Below are positions 14,378-27,019 of a stretch of DNA of 64,000 nt, piece by piece. The position numbers were made by a program, and so were the translations under genes. Position 1 is the first letter of the stretch. Every line of letters begins with the position of its first letter. The stretch comes from Eledone cirrhosa (lineage: Eukaryota), in contig CAXHJY010000307.1 in the NCBI GenBank assembly GCA_964016885.1, positions 80,199 through 144,198 of the forward strand, written 5' to 3'. Under the pieces are notes generated by a model. The model had not been told where the DNA came from and searched no databases. It saw only the letters and a list, made by a program, of their open reading frames with translations.

Positions 14378-14577
14378 CACATACATTATATATATATATA
14401 TTACATATATACGTACATATATACATTACACACATATATATATATATACATACATTTCATATAAACATATATATAGATATATATACATATATATATATAG
14501 ATATAAATATATACATACATACATTTCATATAAACATATATATACATATAACATACATTTCATATAAACCTATATAC

Positions 14578-14617
<40 letters not shown>
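13530..14617. repeat. Compound (TA)/(CA)/(TG) microsatellite with an embedded short repeat at 14037-14165
   Basis: Directly visible; the embedded TTTGAAAAGGAGGTACAGTTCTAGACAAAACAGAGGTTATAGA matches 58955-58998. Confidence 0.9.
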
Positions 14618-14620
<3 letters not shown>

Positions 14621-14829
14621 AAGAGAGATGTGTGAGTGTGTATGTCCATACTTTGTATGTTTTCCCCGATGCTTACCACTTGTTTCAATGCCATCAATGG
14701 ATGGTGTAACAGGTGGTGGAAAAAGCTTCCAGTCTGGGGTGTGATGAGGTGGGGGTGGGGGTGTTTCTCTGGCCAACCAATTGTCTCCGCTTCATGCCCT
14801 TGGCCAGCCGGTTGTCTCCTCTTGTTTTC

Positions 14830-14990
14830 TTAGTCGAAACTGCCAAAACTACCAAAACTTCCACAGCTGCTAAAACTGCTCATTGAACTCAATGAACTCC
14901 AGCTGCCCCAACGCCCGAGACCCCACCCACCACCCCAGCCACCCATCATTGTTGAAGCTCCATGGGCAAGAAGTGCACCACCTGCAATAC
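14830..14990 (-). CDS. PLEKHB: Evectin/PLEKHB-like protein, last coding exon
   Basis: Acceptor CAG at 14993-14991; (G)IAGGALLAHGASTMMGGWGGGWGLGRWGSWSSLSSMSSFSSCGSFGSFGSFD then TAA at 14832-14830. Confidence 0.85.
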
Positions 14991-15087
14991 CTGCAATGAT
15001 AAATATGATAATAATGGTAGTGTTGCTGGTGATGATGAAAGCAATAATGATGGTGGTGATGATGATGATAGCAGTAATGGTGGTGAT

Positions 15088-15392
15088 GATGATAGGGCTA
15101 AGACCCTTATCATTAAAACAGCTGAGAAACCCCTTATGATTTTCAACCCCATAGGAAGCCAGCTAAACCTATATAGGTGGGAGTTGTAGCAACAACAACA
15201 TGATAGGGCTAGGACCCCTATTATTAAAACAGCTGAGAAAACGCCTATCAAATACACCCCTTTAGGAGAGCAGTTAAACCTACATAGGTGGAAACTATAA
15301 CATGATAGGGCCCTTATCATTAAAACAGCTGGAAAACTCCTTATCTAATACAGTCTCATGGAAGGCCAGCTAAATCTACATAGGTGGAAGCT
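15088..15392. repeat. Three diverged tandem copies of a ~100-bp unit
   Basis: GATAGGGCT...CCCTTATCATTAAAACAGCTG...CTAAACCTATATAGGTGG repeated three times. Confidence 0.75.
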
Positions 15393-15579
15393 TTAAATTT
15401 CATTTCAATCTCACCCATAATGATTCTTATAGTATGAAGTAAAATAAATCATTAAAATATATATAAATAAAAAAACAAGATGCACTCACACACACACACA
15501 CACACACATGGACACATACATAAACATATCCAAACAAACACACAACGATAAACACACAAAATACATGCACACATCTTAC

Positions 15580-15744
15580 CTAAAGCTATTTCTCCATAAT
15601 TATTCTTCGACTTTTCTTTAACATGTATCACTTGAGGGTTTCCAGTGTTTCCATAATAGGAACCCTGCTGAGGATAATATCCGGGATAAGTTCCAGCGTA
15701 ACCAGGAGGTGGTGGTGGTACAGCAACTGCCTGGCCATAAGCAC
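15580..15744 (-). CDS. PLEKHB: Evectin/PLEKHB-like exon
   Basis: AG...GTAAG, 165 nt, phase 1-1; AYGQAVAVPPPPPGYAGTYPGYYPQQGSYYGNTGNPQVIHVKEKSKNNYGEIAL (cf. evectin QVIIRE...SDLALG). Confidence 0.9.
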
Positions 15745-15806
15745 CTGACAAATGGAAAGCAAACATTGTACGTTATATAAATATTTCAGGATTATCGCTA
15801 TGATGT

Positions 15807-16005
15807 TACGAGGATCAGCTGAAAAGTTCATGGGCCGACTATGAAGCAATGATGCTAGAGCTGTGAAATCTTGCATACATTAATTTCAATTTTTCTTATT
15901 AATAACTGCATTGTTTCTTTCCAGGTACTATGTTGAAAAATAAACCTCATTTAGTAATTCCATGAGAGTATCTTAGTCAGGCTATGAACTTTTCAGCCGA
16001 TTCTC
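15807..16005. mobile_element. Mariner-type MITE
   Basis: TIRs TACGAGGATCAGCTGAAAAGTTCATGGGCCGACT / AGTCAGGCTATGAACTTTTCAGCCGATTCTC. Confidence 0.65.
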
Positions 16006-17164
16006 AAAGCATGGTTGAACTGAGGGAAGATTGTGCTGGTATGGACATGTGATGGGTATGGATGAAGATGACCACTGGAGTGTGGATGTACCAAGAGGTA
16101 ACATATCAGAAGTAGGAATTCTGTAGTAGAGGAGGATCTGGGCAGAAGTGTTGAGAGCTGAACCATGTGATGGAGATAGACTTCTGTAATGTCACTGTCT
16201 GTGTGTTGGATGTGTCATGTCAGTGAACTGAGAGGAAAAAAAACTGGGCATAAGAGGTAATGTAGAGTACAAGAGAGAAGATTGCGCTGCTGTGAACCTA
16301 CGATGCATGTGGATGATGATCACAAGGTGAAGAAACACCAAGAGATCTCAGTGGAAGGAAGTTTTAAAAGTTTTGTGCTATTATTCTTATTTAAACCTAA
16401 ATAAATAATTGTTTCTACTTTTGGCACAAGGCCAGCAATTATCCCAGTGTATTGCTGGTACTTTATTTTATCGACCCCGTAAGGATGAAAGGCAAAGTTA
16501 ACCTAAATTAATAATGTTAAAAACAATTGAAATAGAAACAGTAGCTTTGCTGTAACATTCACTAAATAATTGTTTCTACTTTTGGCACAAGGCCAGCAAT
16601 TATCCCAGTGTATTACTGGTACTTTATTTTATCGACCCTGTAAGGATGAAAGGCAAAGTTAACCTCGGCAGGATTTGAACCCAGATCATAAAGGGAGGTA
16701 ACTATGCTTCAAAGCATGGTGTTCGACATTCACTAAATTATTGTCTCTACTTTAGGCACAAGGCCAGCAATTACCCAGTGCATTACTGGTACTTTATTTT
16801 ATCGACCCCATAAGGATGAAAGGCAAAGTCAACCTCGGCGGGATTTGAACTCAGATCGTAATAAACCCACGGAACGGATAAAGATAGGTATCAGCTTCAT
16901 TATTAGACTATATTAGTCAATGTTACGGTGAAACTTCTATTTCTATTTCAATTCTAAACTTCGCTCGTTGCATCCTTTGTTAAAAACAATATTTTTTAAT
17001 TTCCTCCTTTTATTGGATGCTGTATTATGACAGAGATGTAAACTAAAAGTACTGTATAAAGCAGTCAAAAAGTCTAAAGTCTGTGAATAAAGTAGTTTAG
17101 TTAAATATAAAGCATTGTGAGATACGCAATGAATGATTGGACTTAAGAAAGCTGGTAGTATGCA

Positions 17165-17540
17165 GTAGAAATATATAAAGGACAAAGAATGACAAATAAA
17201 ACAAAACAGAGTAATGTTTTTACCCAGTATAGTTCAACATAATATTTCAGGGTTATTACCCTCTTTTCAAATGTGAAATGGAAATGATTCAAAACAAAAA
17301 CAAACAATCGATATGTTCTTCCTTAACTGGCCCAAGTGCGTGAATTGTGCATGCGTGGAGCAGTAACAGAAGCTCAACATGTGCACACCTGGACCAGTTA
17401 AAGAAGAACACATCGATTGTTTGTTTTTGTTTTGCATTTGAAAAGAGGCTACTAGCCCTGAAATATTATGTTGAAATACACTGGGTAAAATATTACTTTG
17501 TTTTGTTTTATTTGTCATTCTTTGTCCTTGATATATTTCT
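17165..17540. mobile_element. Palindromic fold-back element
   Basis: Arms about 17165-17335 and 17385-17540 are reverse complements (AAAGAATGACAAATAAAAC / GTTTTATTTGTCATTCTTT); single-arm copy at about 25580-25770. Confidence 0.75.
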
Positions 17541-18353
17541 GCCATGTTGTACTGGTGCTTATCCTGGTTTCCATGGTGTTAAGTGACTGAGCATACATGA
17601 CTCTCTCCTGGATAGGAGTTAGTCCATCACAGGGTTAAACTCCCAGCTACTGCAGTTATTCATTTTCTGCTGAGTATACTGGAGCAACATGAAATGAAAT
17701 GTTTTGCTCAAAAATACAATACACAACCCAATCCACAAATCAAAGCCACAACATTATTATCGTTAGTCTAACACCTTTACCACTAGGCCACACACCTGAA
17801 CAAAACAAGGTGAAGAGTAAATTTAATTTACAAAAGATTCCACAGGCTTCTTCTAATCATCGTTTCCACATACAGTGGAATATGATGCGTCATGTATATA
17901 TTTTGATTGGTATTTGAGAATGTTCATGATCGTCTTTCTTAAGGCCAATTACTTCCAATAGGAGGCCTATTTGCTGCAAGTTGTAACACCTGGGTAAAAT
18001 ATCACTGCTTTTCTGGTGACAGTAAGCAGGATTTGAACTCAGAATGCACAGAGCTGGAACAGATACTTCAAGGCATCCTATCTGACACTTTTAACTATGC
18101 CAAACCACTGCCTTTGAATAGGTACTATGTTTTATCGACTGCAAAGGGATGAAAAGCAAAGTTGACCTCAGCTGAATTTGAATTCAGAGAAAATAGGTCT
18201 AGAACAATTGCCACAAAACAATCTGGCATTCTACAAACTTTGCCAATTCACTTTTTGCCAGTAAACAAGATTCAAAACATTTGGATTTCCTACTTTCAAG
18301 AAAATTTCCTACAAAGAGAATTTCACAGTAATATGACAGGGAAAAAAAGTCTA

Positions 18354-18567
18354 TTAACCCTTTAGCATTTAAACTGGCTGTATCAGGCCAGAATTCTCTC
18401 ATCTCTTTCTGTTTAACTGGTCATAACCATCCGTTCATACCGATGTTAAGGTATTGTTCTCAAAATAAATAATATCAAAATCTCGTAGATTCGATATTAT
18501 GTGAAATAAAGCCTTTTCTGTGAAAATACAATAGTATATATAGAGTAATGTGAATGCTAAAGGGTCA
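18354..18567. mobile_element. piggyBac-like MITE
   Basis: TTAA-CCCTTTAGCATTT ... AATGCTAAAGGG-TCAA; further copies at about 38830-38978 and 53615-54024. Confidence 0.7.
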
Positions 18568-18946
18568 ATGAAAGTAGTTAGTAACAAGGAGGCATGCAGC
18601 CAACTATAAAAACAAATATTCCAATCAAAGAAAAAACAATTAGTATTGAAAAAAAAATGCAATCCATTTTTTTAGTTGATGTTAGATCAAATCAAGGTAA
18701 TAATGTTTCCATTGGTCTTTCCATTACTAATATTATCTACCAATCATACATAACTTCTGAAATCAGAACATACAGAAACAGATCAGATACCTGAAAGTAT
18801 TCCAGCTGACTCATTAACAATTCTGCCACTCTACCATTTCTGTACTTTATTTATCAAACATGATAGTTAACCCTGACAGGATTTAAACACAGAAGAGAGA
18901 TAGCTGAGTCAGATACCACCACTGGACTGGCAGGATTTGAAGACAG

Positions 18947-19025
<79 letters not shown>

Positions 19026-19536
19026 GAGTCAGATAGCACAAAGCATCCCTTCCAACTCTCTGACAATTCCACCAATCTACTGCCACTTTATTGGAACTTT
19101 ATGAAACATGAAAGGATGAAATACACAGTTGACTTTGGCAGGATTTGAACTCAGAGTGCAGTGAGTTAGAAGCAAGGTATTTAAACCAATGTTTTAACGA
19201 CTGTCAATTCATGCTATACTGGCATGGAAAAATTAAGTGAAAAACAATCAAATTACCAGCTTGGTGGATAGGGGTAGTGTTTAGGGTTGAGGTGAGGATG
19301 AAATTCAGGGCTCATGTTACAAGTCACAGGTTAGTGATCTAGGAGGGGTTCAAAAACAAACAAAATGTTCAATACCAAATGTTAGTCAGACAACGAAGGT
19401 GGGCCTTGTGAATGGGAAAGTAGTGAGTGGGTACAACCAACGTTCCCTCTAAACTGCAATCCTTGAATTTGGTACCATGCACATTAAAATGTTGCTGATC
19501 AGTTGCTTGGAAATGTTTCCAATGAAATATAGCCTC

Positions 19537-20040
19537 TCAGTTGCCAATGAAATGTTGCCACTCAGTTGCCAATGAAATGTTGCCACTCAGTTGCCAATGA
19601 AATGTTGCCACTCAGTTGCCAATGAAATGTCGCCACTCAGTTGCCAATGAAATGTCGCCACTCAGTTGCCAATGAAATGTCGTCACTCAGTTGCTTTGAA
19701 ATGTCGTCACTCAGTTGCTTTGAAATGTCGTCACTCAGTTGCTTTGAAATGTCGTCACTCAGTTGCTTTGAAATGTCGTCACTCAGTTGCTTTGAAATGT
19801 CGTCACTCAGTTGCTTTGAAATGTCGTCACTCAGTTGCTTTGAAATGTCGTCACTAAGTTGCTTTGAAATGTCGTCACTAAGTTGCTTTGAAAAGACGTC
19901 ACTCAGTTGCTTTGAAAAGACGTCACTCAGTTGCTTTGAAAAGATGTCACTCAATTGCTTTGAAATGTCGCTATGCAGTAGTTTTGAAATGATGCTACAG
20001 TTGCTTTGAAATGCTGCAGCTCAGCTGCTTTGAAATGCTG
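19537..20040. repeat. Minisatellite, 25-bp unit grading into a 24-bp unit
   Basis: CTCAGTTGCCAATGAAATGTTGCCA repeats followed by CTCAGTTGCTTTGAAATGTCGTCA repeats. Confidence 0.95.
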
Positions 20041-20434
20041 CTGCTCCGTTTCTTCTTCTTCACCCACTTATTCCTGAGAGGGTCATGGGGGCAGAGTCCA
20101 CAAACACTCCCTCCAGTGGGTCCAGTTGGAAGCAACCAACTCCAACTGATCTGGCTGGATCCCCAACTGAGACCAGCCAAGCTCATGGATGTAATCCAAC
20201 CATCTTGCTCGAGGTCTACACCTGGGTCTCCTGCCAGTCGCTTTGAATTAAAAATATTTTTGCTCAAAGCATCAAACATTCTGCTGAGTTGTGGGGAAGA
20301 ATTAAAAGGAACGTTGGGTGAAATTCTAAAGGAAGAATGAAAAACTGGGCAAAACTGAGTGAATGGAACGCAAAAAAAATCAACACAATATTTGTTGGTG
20401 AAAAGTTGCTGGGTGTGGTGGTACATCATCTCAC

Positions 20435-20494
20435 CTTGTTGGGCATAATACCCTGCTTGTGGTGGGGGATAACACCCAAATTGTTGAGGGTATC
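20435..20494 (-). CDS. PLEKHB: Evectin/PLEKHB-like exon
   Basis: tttcAG...GTGAG, 60 nt, phase 1-1; GYPQQFGCYPPPQAGYYAQQ. Confidence 0.85.
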
Positions 20495-21112
20495 CTGAAA
20501 CGGATGAGTAGGAGGAACAAATATACCTTTAGATTCATTTAAGAAGTTTTTGTAAAGCAGCAAAAGGTGTTCTCTCATTTTAATTCTTAACATCCTATAT
20601 CACATGAAACTGCATTAGCTAGATAATTTTGAAAAAGTACAAAACATACCTATGACTGCATCACATTAAAAATTAAAGCCTTTATCAAATACTGCAAATT
20701 TTCACAAAACCTCTTCTTAACTAGTGAACTGTTTACTATAAACATTTGAACCAACAAACTACATGAAACTGCATTAGTAAGACATTTTTTAAAAGTATAA
20801 AACAGCACTAAGACTGTATCACATCAAAAACTGAATTTTTTATAATACTGTAAATCTTCACAATGATCTGTCCACTGGCAAAAACATTATAAACATTTGA
20901 AGTAACAAATGTGCTTTTAGATATTTTCTGCTAAATCATTTAAACATGTTAAGAGTTAAGACATAGGGTATGATTTGAGTGAGCTTTGCTTGCTATATCT
21001 AGCAAGTTGAGTAACTACAAAGAGGCTCTCTGTGAAGTGCTAATAGACATCAATAACATTCAGTGAGTTTATCGGATCAAAATATTCAAAAGGGCAGGGT
21101 GCACATACTTAC

Positions 21113-21376
21113 CAGCTTGCTGAGGATAATATGCTTGCTGTGGGTAGGCAGCTTGTTGAGCAGGATAACCAGAGTAGGCAGTTGGTTGTGGGTAACCAGC
21201 TTGTTGAGGGTAACCAGCCTGCTGATGTGGGTAACCTGCTTGTGGGTAAGCTGCCTGTTGTGGATAAGGTGCCTGTTGTGGATAAGGTGCTGGTTGGTAC
21301 CCATGTGCACTGGTTGGATAAGCTGGTGCATTAGAAGGGTGAGCTCCTTGGGTATATGGGGATGGTGCAGATGACA
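21113..21376 (-). CDS. PLEKHB: Evectin/PLEKHB-like exon (PYPQQ / GYPQQ repeats)
   Basis: ttttAG...GTAAGT, 264 nt, phase 1-1; VSSAPSPYTQGAHPSNAPAYPTSAHGYQPAPYPQQAPYPQQAAYPQAGYP... Confidence 0.9.
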
Positions 21377-21593
21377 CTAAAACAGAAAATACATACCCAA
21401 AGTGGAAAAAAATTTTTTTTTAAACAAACGCAAATAAACAGAAAACAAACAAACAATTCCTTATATTGCGGCCTCAGGGTTAAGCCAGCAAGCCTAGATA
21501 ATGTGTTATGCTAATAATGATGTGTTTTTTTGTGAGAGAGTTGGGGGTGGGTGGGGGTGATTTAGATAAGAGCTTTTCAAAATCTTCATGTAA

Positions 21594-21756
21594 GTGCAGG
21601 CATGGCTGTACGATTAAGAAGTTAGCTTTGCAATCACGTGGTTTCAGGTTTAGTCCCACTACACATCAACTTGATCAAATGTCCTCTACTATAGCCTCAA
21701 GTTGACCAATGCCTTGTGAGTGAAATTTGGTAGATGGAAACTGCAGAAGGCTGCCA
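21594..21756 (+). mobile_element. tRNA-derived SINE (family C), diverged
   Basis: GCAGGCATGGCTGT...AAGAAG...CAGGTTTAGTCCCAC (A/B-box-like) ...GCCTTGTGAGTG...GGAAACTG. Confidence 0.5.
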
Positions 21757-21806
21757 TGTCATCATCATCGTATAACATCTATTTTCCACACTAGCATGGG
21801 TTAGAC

Positions 21807-22168
21807 CAGGCATGTCAAACTGAAGGTCCCCCAAGGGCCACATGGGTCACATATGTGTGTTTGAGGGCCACACGTGACAACTAATTGTGCACATTACAAC
21901 TAATATTTTTTATTTTATATTACGCTCACGCTGTAAAAACTTTTGTGTCGGCCGCAGGTGTGCTTGTAATGGGCCGCAGGCGTGCTTGTAATGGGCCGCA
22001 GGCGTGCTTGTAATGGGCCGCAGGCGTGCTTGTAATGGGCCGCAGGCGTGCTTGTAATGGGCCGCAGGTGTGCTTGTAATGGGCCGCAGGTGTGCTTGTA
22101 ATGGGCCGCAGGTGTGCTTGTAATGGGCCGCAGGCGTGCTTGTAATGGGCCGCATGTTTGGCAGCCTG
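21807..22168. mobile_element. hAT (Charlie-like) non-autonomous element carrying a 22-bp minisatellite
   Basis: TIR CAGGCATGTCAAAC / GTTTGGCAGCCTG; 8-bp TSD GGTTAGAC (21799-21806) / GGTTAGAT (22169-22176); about 9 copies of GGGCCGCAGGCGTGCTTGTAAT at 21950-22153. Confidence 0.85.
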
Positions 22169-22678
22169 GGTTAGATGGTATGTATATGTAAATGGTGATA
22201 AGAAGGCCATCCAGTCATAGAAAGCTTGCCAAACAAAGAGTTAGTAGGACCCTTTAGTTGTGTCAAGGACATGACAGCCATAGAAAGCTTACCAAACAAG
22301 GGGGTTAGGAGGACCTTTCTGTTTGTGACAAAAGACAAACAACTTTTCTTCTGCACTCGATATGACTGTACGTAAGTGGGATACAGATCCCTCGGCCTGT
22401 CAGGAAGGTCAGTAGCCTTGCTTCAGTACTGACTTGGTCTATGTAGATCCGTCCAACCTTTCCTAGAAAGGAGAGCGGATGTTACCACACCACACCAAAT
22501 GTCACCAAACCATACCACATGTCTCCAAACCATACGATGTCACCAAACCATACCATATGTCACCAAATCATACCACATGTTTCCAAGCTATACCATGTGC
22601 AACCAATCCTATCGTGTCTAAACAAATACACATACACACAGAAATGATATAATAACCAGGTGAGACACTGTCACTTAC

Positions 22679-22787
22679 CTGAATATCCAGCCATTACAGT
22701 GTTAGCTGGATTTGCCTGCATAGTTGGGTATGGTGCTGATACAGCCGCTGGTTTGCCCTGTTGTGACTTGCGAGGAGCTGGCGGTAA
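22679..22787 (-). CDS. PLEKHB: Evectin/PLEKHB-like exon
   Basis: tttcAG...GTAAGT, 109 nt, phase 0-1; LPPAPRKSQQGKPAAVSAPYPTMQANPANTVMAGYS. Confidence 0.85.
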
Positions 22788-24060
22788 CTGAAAGATTACA
22801 TAATTAACATGAAGGGGTGTAGCTTAAAAGTTAGGGTGTTGGGTTTCGTCTCACGATTGCTGAGTCAAGTGGCTGATTCACAGACAGTGCAATGATTTGT
22901 GTCCTTGAACAAGACACTTTAATTATATAATAATTGTTTCTACTTTTGGCACAAGGCTAGCAATTACCCAGTGCATTACTGGTACTTTATTTTATTGACC
23001 TCATAAGGATGAAAGGCAAAGTTTACCTTGGCGGGATTTGAACTCAGAATGGAAAGGGCCATAACTCTATGCGTCAAAGCATGGCGTCCGACCCTCCACC
23101 GACACTGCCAATCCACTTTAATTATATAATAATTGTTTCTACTTTTGGCACAAGGCTAGCAATTACCCAGTGCATTACTGGTACTTTATTTTATTGACCT
23201 CATAAGGATGAAAGGCAAAGTTTACCTTGGCGGGATTTGAACTCAGAATGGAAAGGGCCATAACTCTATGCGTCAAAGCATGGCGTCTGACCCTCCACCG
23301 ACACTGCCAATCCACTTTAATTATATAATAATACTGTCTAGGATGCATATTACTAAACCTTAAAGGATCACAAATTTGTATAATTGAATTAAATATATAA
23401 TAATTACCTGCAATCAATAAATCACTAAACATATTTACTGCATAGAAGTATCTATATGTAAATTTCTGTGATTCTGTCACAACACGTAAAGAGAGAGGAG
23501 TAGTACCTCATACTACTCCTCCTCTTTATGCCTGCTGCCTGTGTGAATGTATGGGTGTGTAAAAGGAAGGAAGGGGATGGTGAAAAACTACGTTGTGTGT
23601 GTGTGTGTGTTTGTGTAAATGTCTGTGTGTGTGTGTGTGTGTGTGTGAATGTATGTCTATTAGTGTGTATTTTTGTAAGCGTGTTTGTGTTTGCACATTT
23701 ATATTTATATACTCATACATATAAATGTATGCACATACACGTTAGCGTATGGAGAAAAATTCTAGTTGTGGAATTATCTAAAGCAGTGGTGAGGTTCATA
23801 CAGATTTAAGACCTGAAATATGATTTGGCATGGGTGCATGTGGACTGTATAGTAGAAAATGCAGGTTTGTGGTCAGAGCAAGAAGTGTCAACTGGATTTG
23901 TCAATTGCCAAACTGTAAGTTTGAATTATATTATTTGGGAGAATGGGACATAAATTGGTAGAAGGGTACACCGATTGCAGGGTTAGGTTAGGGTGTTAAA
24001 TACCCAGGTGTTGTCCTTGTACACACATAAAGAGTTTAACAGAGAGATAGTAATACTTAC

Positions 24061-24088
24061 CACACTGACAATGGCAGACATCCATGAA
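24061..24088 (-). CDS. PLEKHB: Evectin/PLEKHB-like 28-nt micro-exon (PH C-terminal helix)
   Basis: ttttttcacAG...GTAAGT, phase 2-0; (N)SWMSAIVSV supplies the conserved PH-domain Trp. Confidence 0.85.
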
Positions 24089-24275
24089 CTGTGAAAAAAA
24101 ATGTTATTAATAACAACTAAATATATATATATATATATATATTGATTAATCTCATGAAAGAAAAAAAGCGCTAGATTCAAATTATAAACATTTTATAAAA
24201 TTGTTTTACCCGAGTGATAAACAGTGTTTTACTACTTCTTTGGACAATTATACTTTATTTATATACATAGATACA

Positions 24276-24325
24276 ACACACACACACATATATATATACA
24301 CACATATATATATATATATACACAC

Positions 24326-24360
<35 letters not shown>

Positions 24361-24393
24361 TATATATATATATACACACATATATATATATAT

Positions 24394-24424
<31 letters not shown>

Positions 24425-24477
24425 CATACACACACACACATATATATATATACACACACACACACATATATATATAT

Positions 24478-24510
<33 letters not shown>

Positions 24511-24573
24511 CACACACATATATATATATATATACACACACACACATATATATATATATATACACACACACAC

Positions 24574-24604
<31 letters not shown>

Positions 24605-24735
24605 TATATATATATATACACACACACACACATATATATATATATACACACACACACATATATATACACACACACATATATATACACACACACATATATA
24701 CACACACACACACATATATACACACACACACACAC

Positions 24736-24776
<41 letters not shown>

Positions 24777-24780
24777 CATA
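24276..24780. repeat. Compound (CA)n(TA)n microsatellite
   Basis: Directly visible. Confidence 0.95.
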
Positions 24781-24825
24781 AACAAATAAATAAGCAAAGA
24801 AAAAAAAAAGTGATGATACACTAAC

Positions 24826-24989
24826 TTTAGTTCGGCGTCATCGTGGAAGAGAAACCATATAATCTTGGCACGGCTGCTAGGTTTGACTGGAATAGCCAGA
24901 AGATGGTCTAGTTTGGCACTAGCTGGCAAATCAGGCTGGTCTGGCATGCCATTTGTGTACTGGCCAACAGAAAACCATTTGCAAACCTC
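24826..24989 (-). CDS. PLEKHB: Evectin/PLEKHB-like exon (PH domain)
   Basis: tacAG...GTTAGT, 164 nt, phase 0-2; EVCKWFSVGQYTNGMPDQPDLPASAKLDHLLAIPVKPSSRAKIIWFLFHDDAEL. Confidence 0.85.
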
Positions 24990-26903
24990 CTGTATTAAAA
25001 AGAAAAAAAGAAAAACAAAATAAGCACCCAAAACAAATACCACAAAGTATTTTTCTAATGTTTTAACATTTCTCCCCATCAATAATAATTGTTTCTACTT
25101 TTGGCACATGGCCAGCAATTACCCCAGTGCATTACTGGTACTTTATTTTGTTGACCCCGTATGGATGAAAGGCAAAGGCTGTAACTCTATGCGTCAAAGC
25201 AAGGCGTCCGACCCTCTACCGATACTGCCAATCCACCGCCCATCAATAATAATAATTTAAGAATCAAAGAGGCCATTATCATCATCATTGTTAAACATCT
25301 ATCTTCCATGCTAGCATGGGTTAGACGGGTTTGTCCCATTTAGAGGCAAGTTGGGTCGAGTGACCGAGTCTCACTCATATAGGCCTGTTTCCAGCTGGAT
25401 GCCCTTCCTAATGCCAACCACATTTACAGTGTGTGCTGGATGCTTTTTGCCGTGTCTTTTACACTACCACTTTACAGTGTGGGCTGAGTGCTTTTTGTTG
25501 TGACACCTACACGACCATCAATGAGAAAAAGCCAAAGATAAATAATAGATTGGAAATGCATGAAGCAGATTGGCTACTATAAAAGCTTCACATGTGTATT
25601 TCAGACACGTAGACCAGTTAGGGAAGAACACATTGATCATTTGTTTTTGATTTTAACCTGTCTGTTTCATATTTGAAAAGAGAGTATTAACCCTGAAATA
25701 TACTAGGTAAAATATTACTTTTTTGTTGTTTTATTTGTCATCCTTTGCCCTTTATATATTTTTACATGCTGCAAAGTGGTTGGTGATATGAAGGGCATCC
25801 AGCCATAGAAAGCTTGTCAAACAGAGTTGGGAGGACCCTTTAGTTATGTCAAGGATATGACACCCACCCCTAGTGCTGGTGATCTACACAATACATGCTG
25901 TAAAGAGGTTAGTGTTAGGAAGGGCATCCAGCCGCAGAAAGCTTGCCAAACACAGGGTTAGGAGTATCCTTCAGTTTGTAGCAAAGATATGACTTCTCCT
26001 TTGCAATTGATAATGACTGTATGTAAGCAGGAGACAGATCCCCTCCATGCAAGGATGGAAAAGAAACATTTAACAGTGACAATGGTGATGATGGTTGTAT
26101 CATGGGGGGGGGCTCATATATAGGGATGTAATTTATTCTCGATTTCTTTATTAGCTACAGAAACAGGATTCATATATTCAAGATGTACGTATGGGCAGTG
26201 GATTGGCAGTATCGGTAGAGCATCCGACAACATGCTTTGTGGCATAGAGTTATGGCCCTTTACGTTCTGAGTTCAAATCCCACCAAGGTTAGCTCTGCCT
26301 TTCATCCTTACTAGGTCGATAAAATAAAATTGATTTAATCGACTTTCCCCTCCCCAAAAATTGCTGGCCTTCTGCCTATAGTAGAAATGATTATGTATGT
26401 ATCCAGGGTGTAGAGTTATGGGCCTTGGTTAACTTTGCCTTTCATCCTTACAGGGTCGATAAAATAAAGTACCAGTAATGCACTTGTGTAATTGCTGGCC
26501 TTGTGCCAAAAGTAGAAACAAATATGTATGTATGCACGAATCCACAACTCCTGATGGAAGTTGTAGGGGTACCATAGTGACATACAACATGTCTTGGGTA
26601 GTTTAAACCTGACAGAGCCCATCCCCTCTCCAGGTTTGAACACAGCTGATTTCTTCCAGAGAAGGATGGATAGAGAGATAGAGAGATAGAGGGGGGGGGG
26701 GGCTAGAAAGATAGAGAGAAGAAGTGAGAGAAAGATATTGAGGAGAAATCAATCCTAGTAGTGGACTGGTACTTCTTTATCGACCTCAAAAGGATGAAAG
26801 AGAAAATTGAACTCAGAATGGCGCAATCAATACTACAAAGCATTCTACCCAACTTTCTAACAATCCCAGCAATTTGCTGTCTGAAAGAAATATGGTAACT
26901 TAC

Positions 26904-27019
26904 CTTCAGTAGAATTTCTCCTTTGGAATCAGAGCCTGTCTGTTTCTTATACCACTTCAAGACTGAATTATTATGTAAAACAACCCAGATTTCTTTCCAG
27001 CCACCATCCAGGAAACTTT
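26904..27019 (-). CDS. PLEKHB: Evectin/PLEKHB-like exon (PH domain)
   Basis: Poly-T tract then catcAG...GTAAGT, 116 nt, phase 1-0; (K)SFLDGGWKEIWVVLHNNSVLKWYKKQTGSDSKGEILLK. Confidence 0.9.

Noticed and set aside
19637-20009. SDDISKQL / MSSLSCFE repeat ORFs
   Set aside because: Product of a 24-bp intronic minisatellite; no splice or homology support.
19537-22153. CRISPR-like appearance of the 22-25-bp repeats
   Set aside because: No unique spacers, no cas genes, eukaryotic context.
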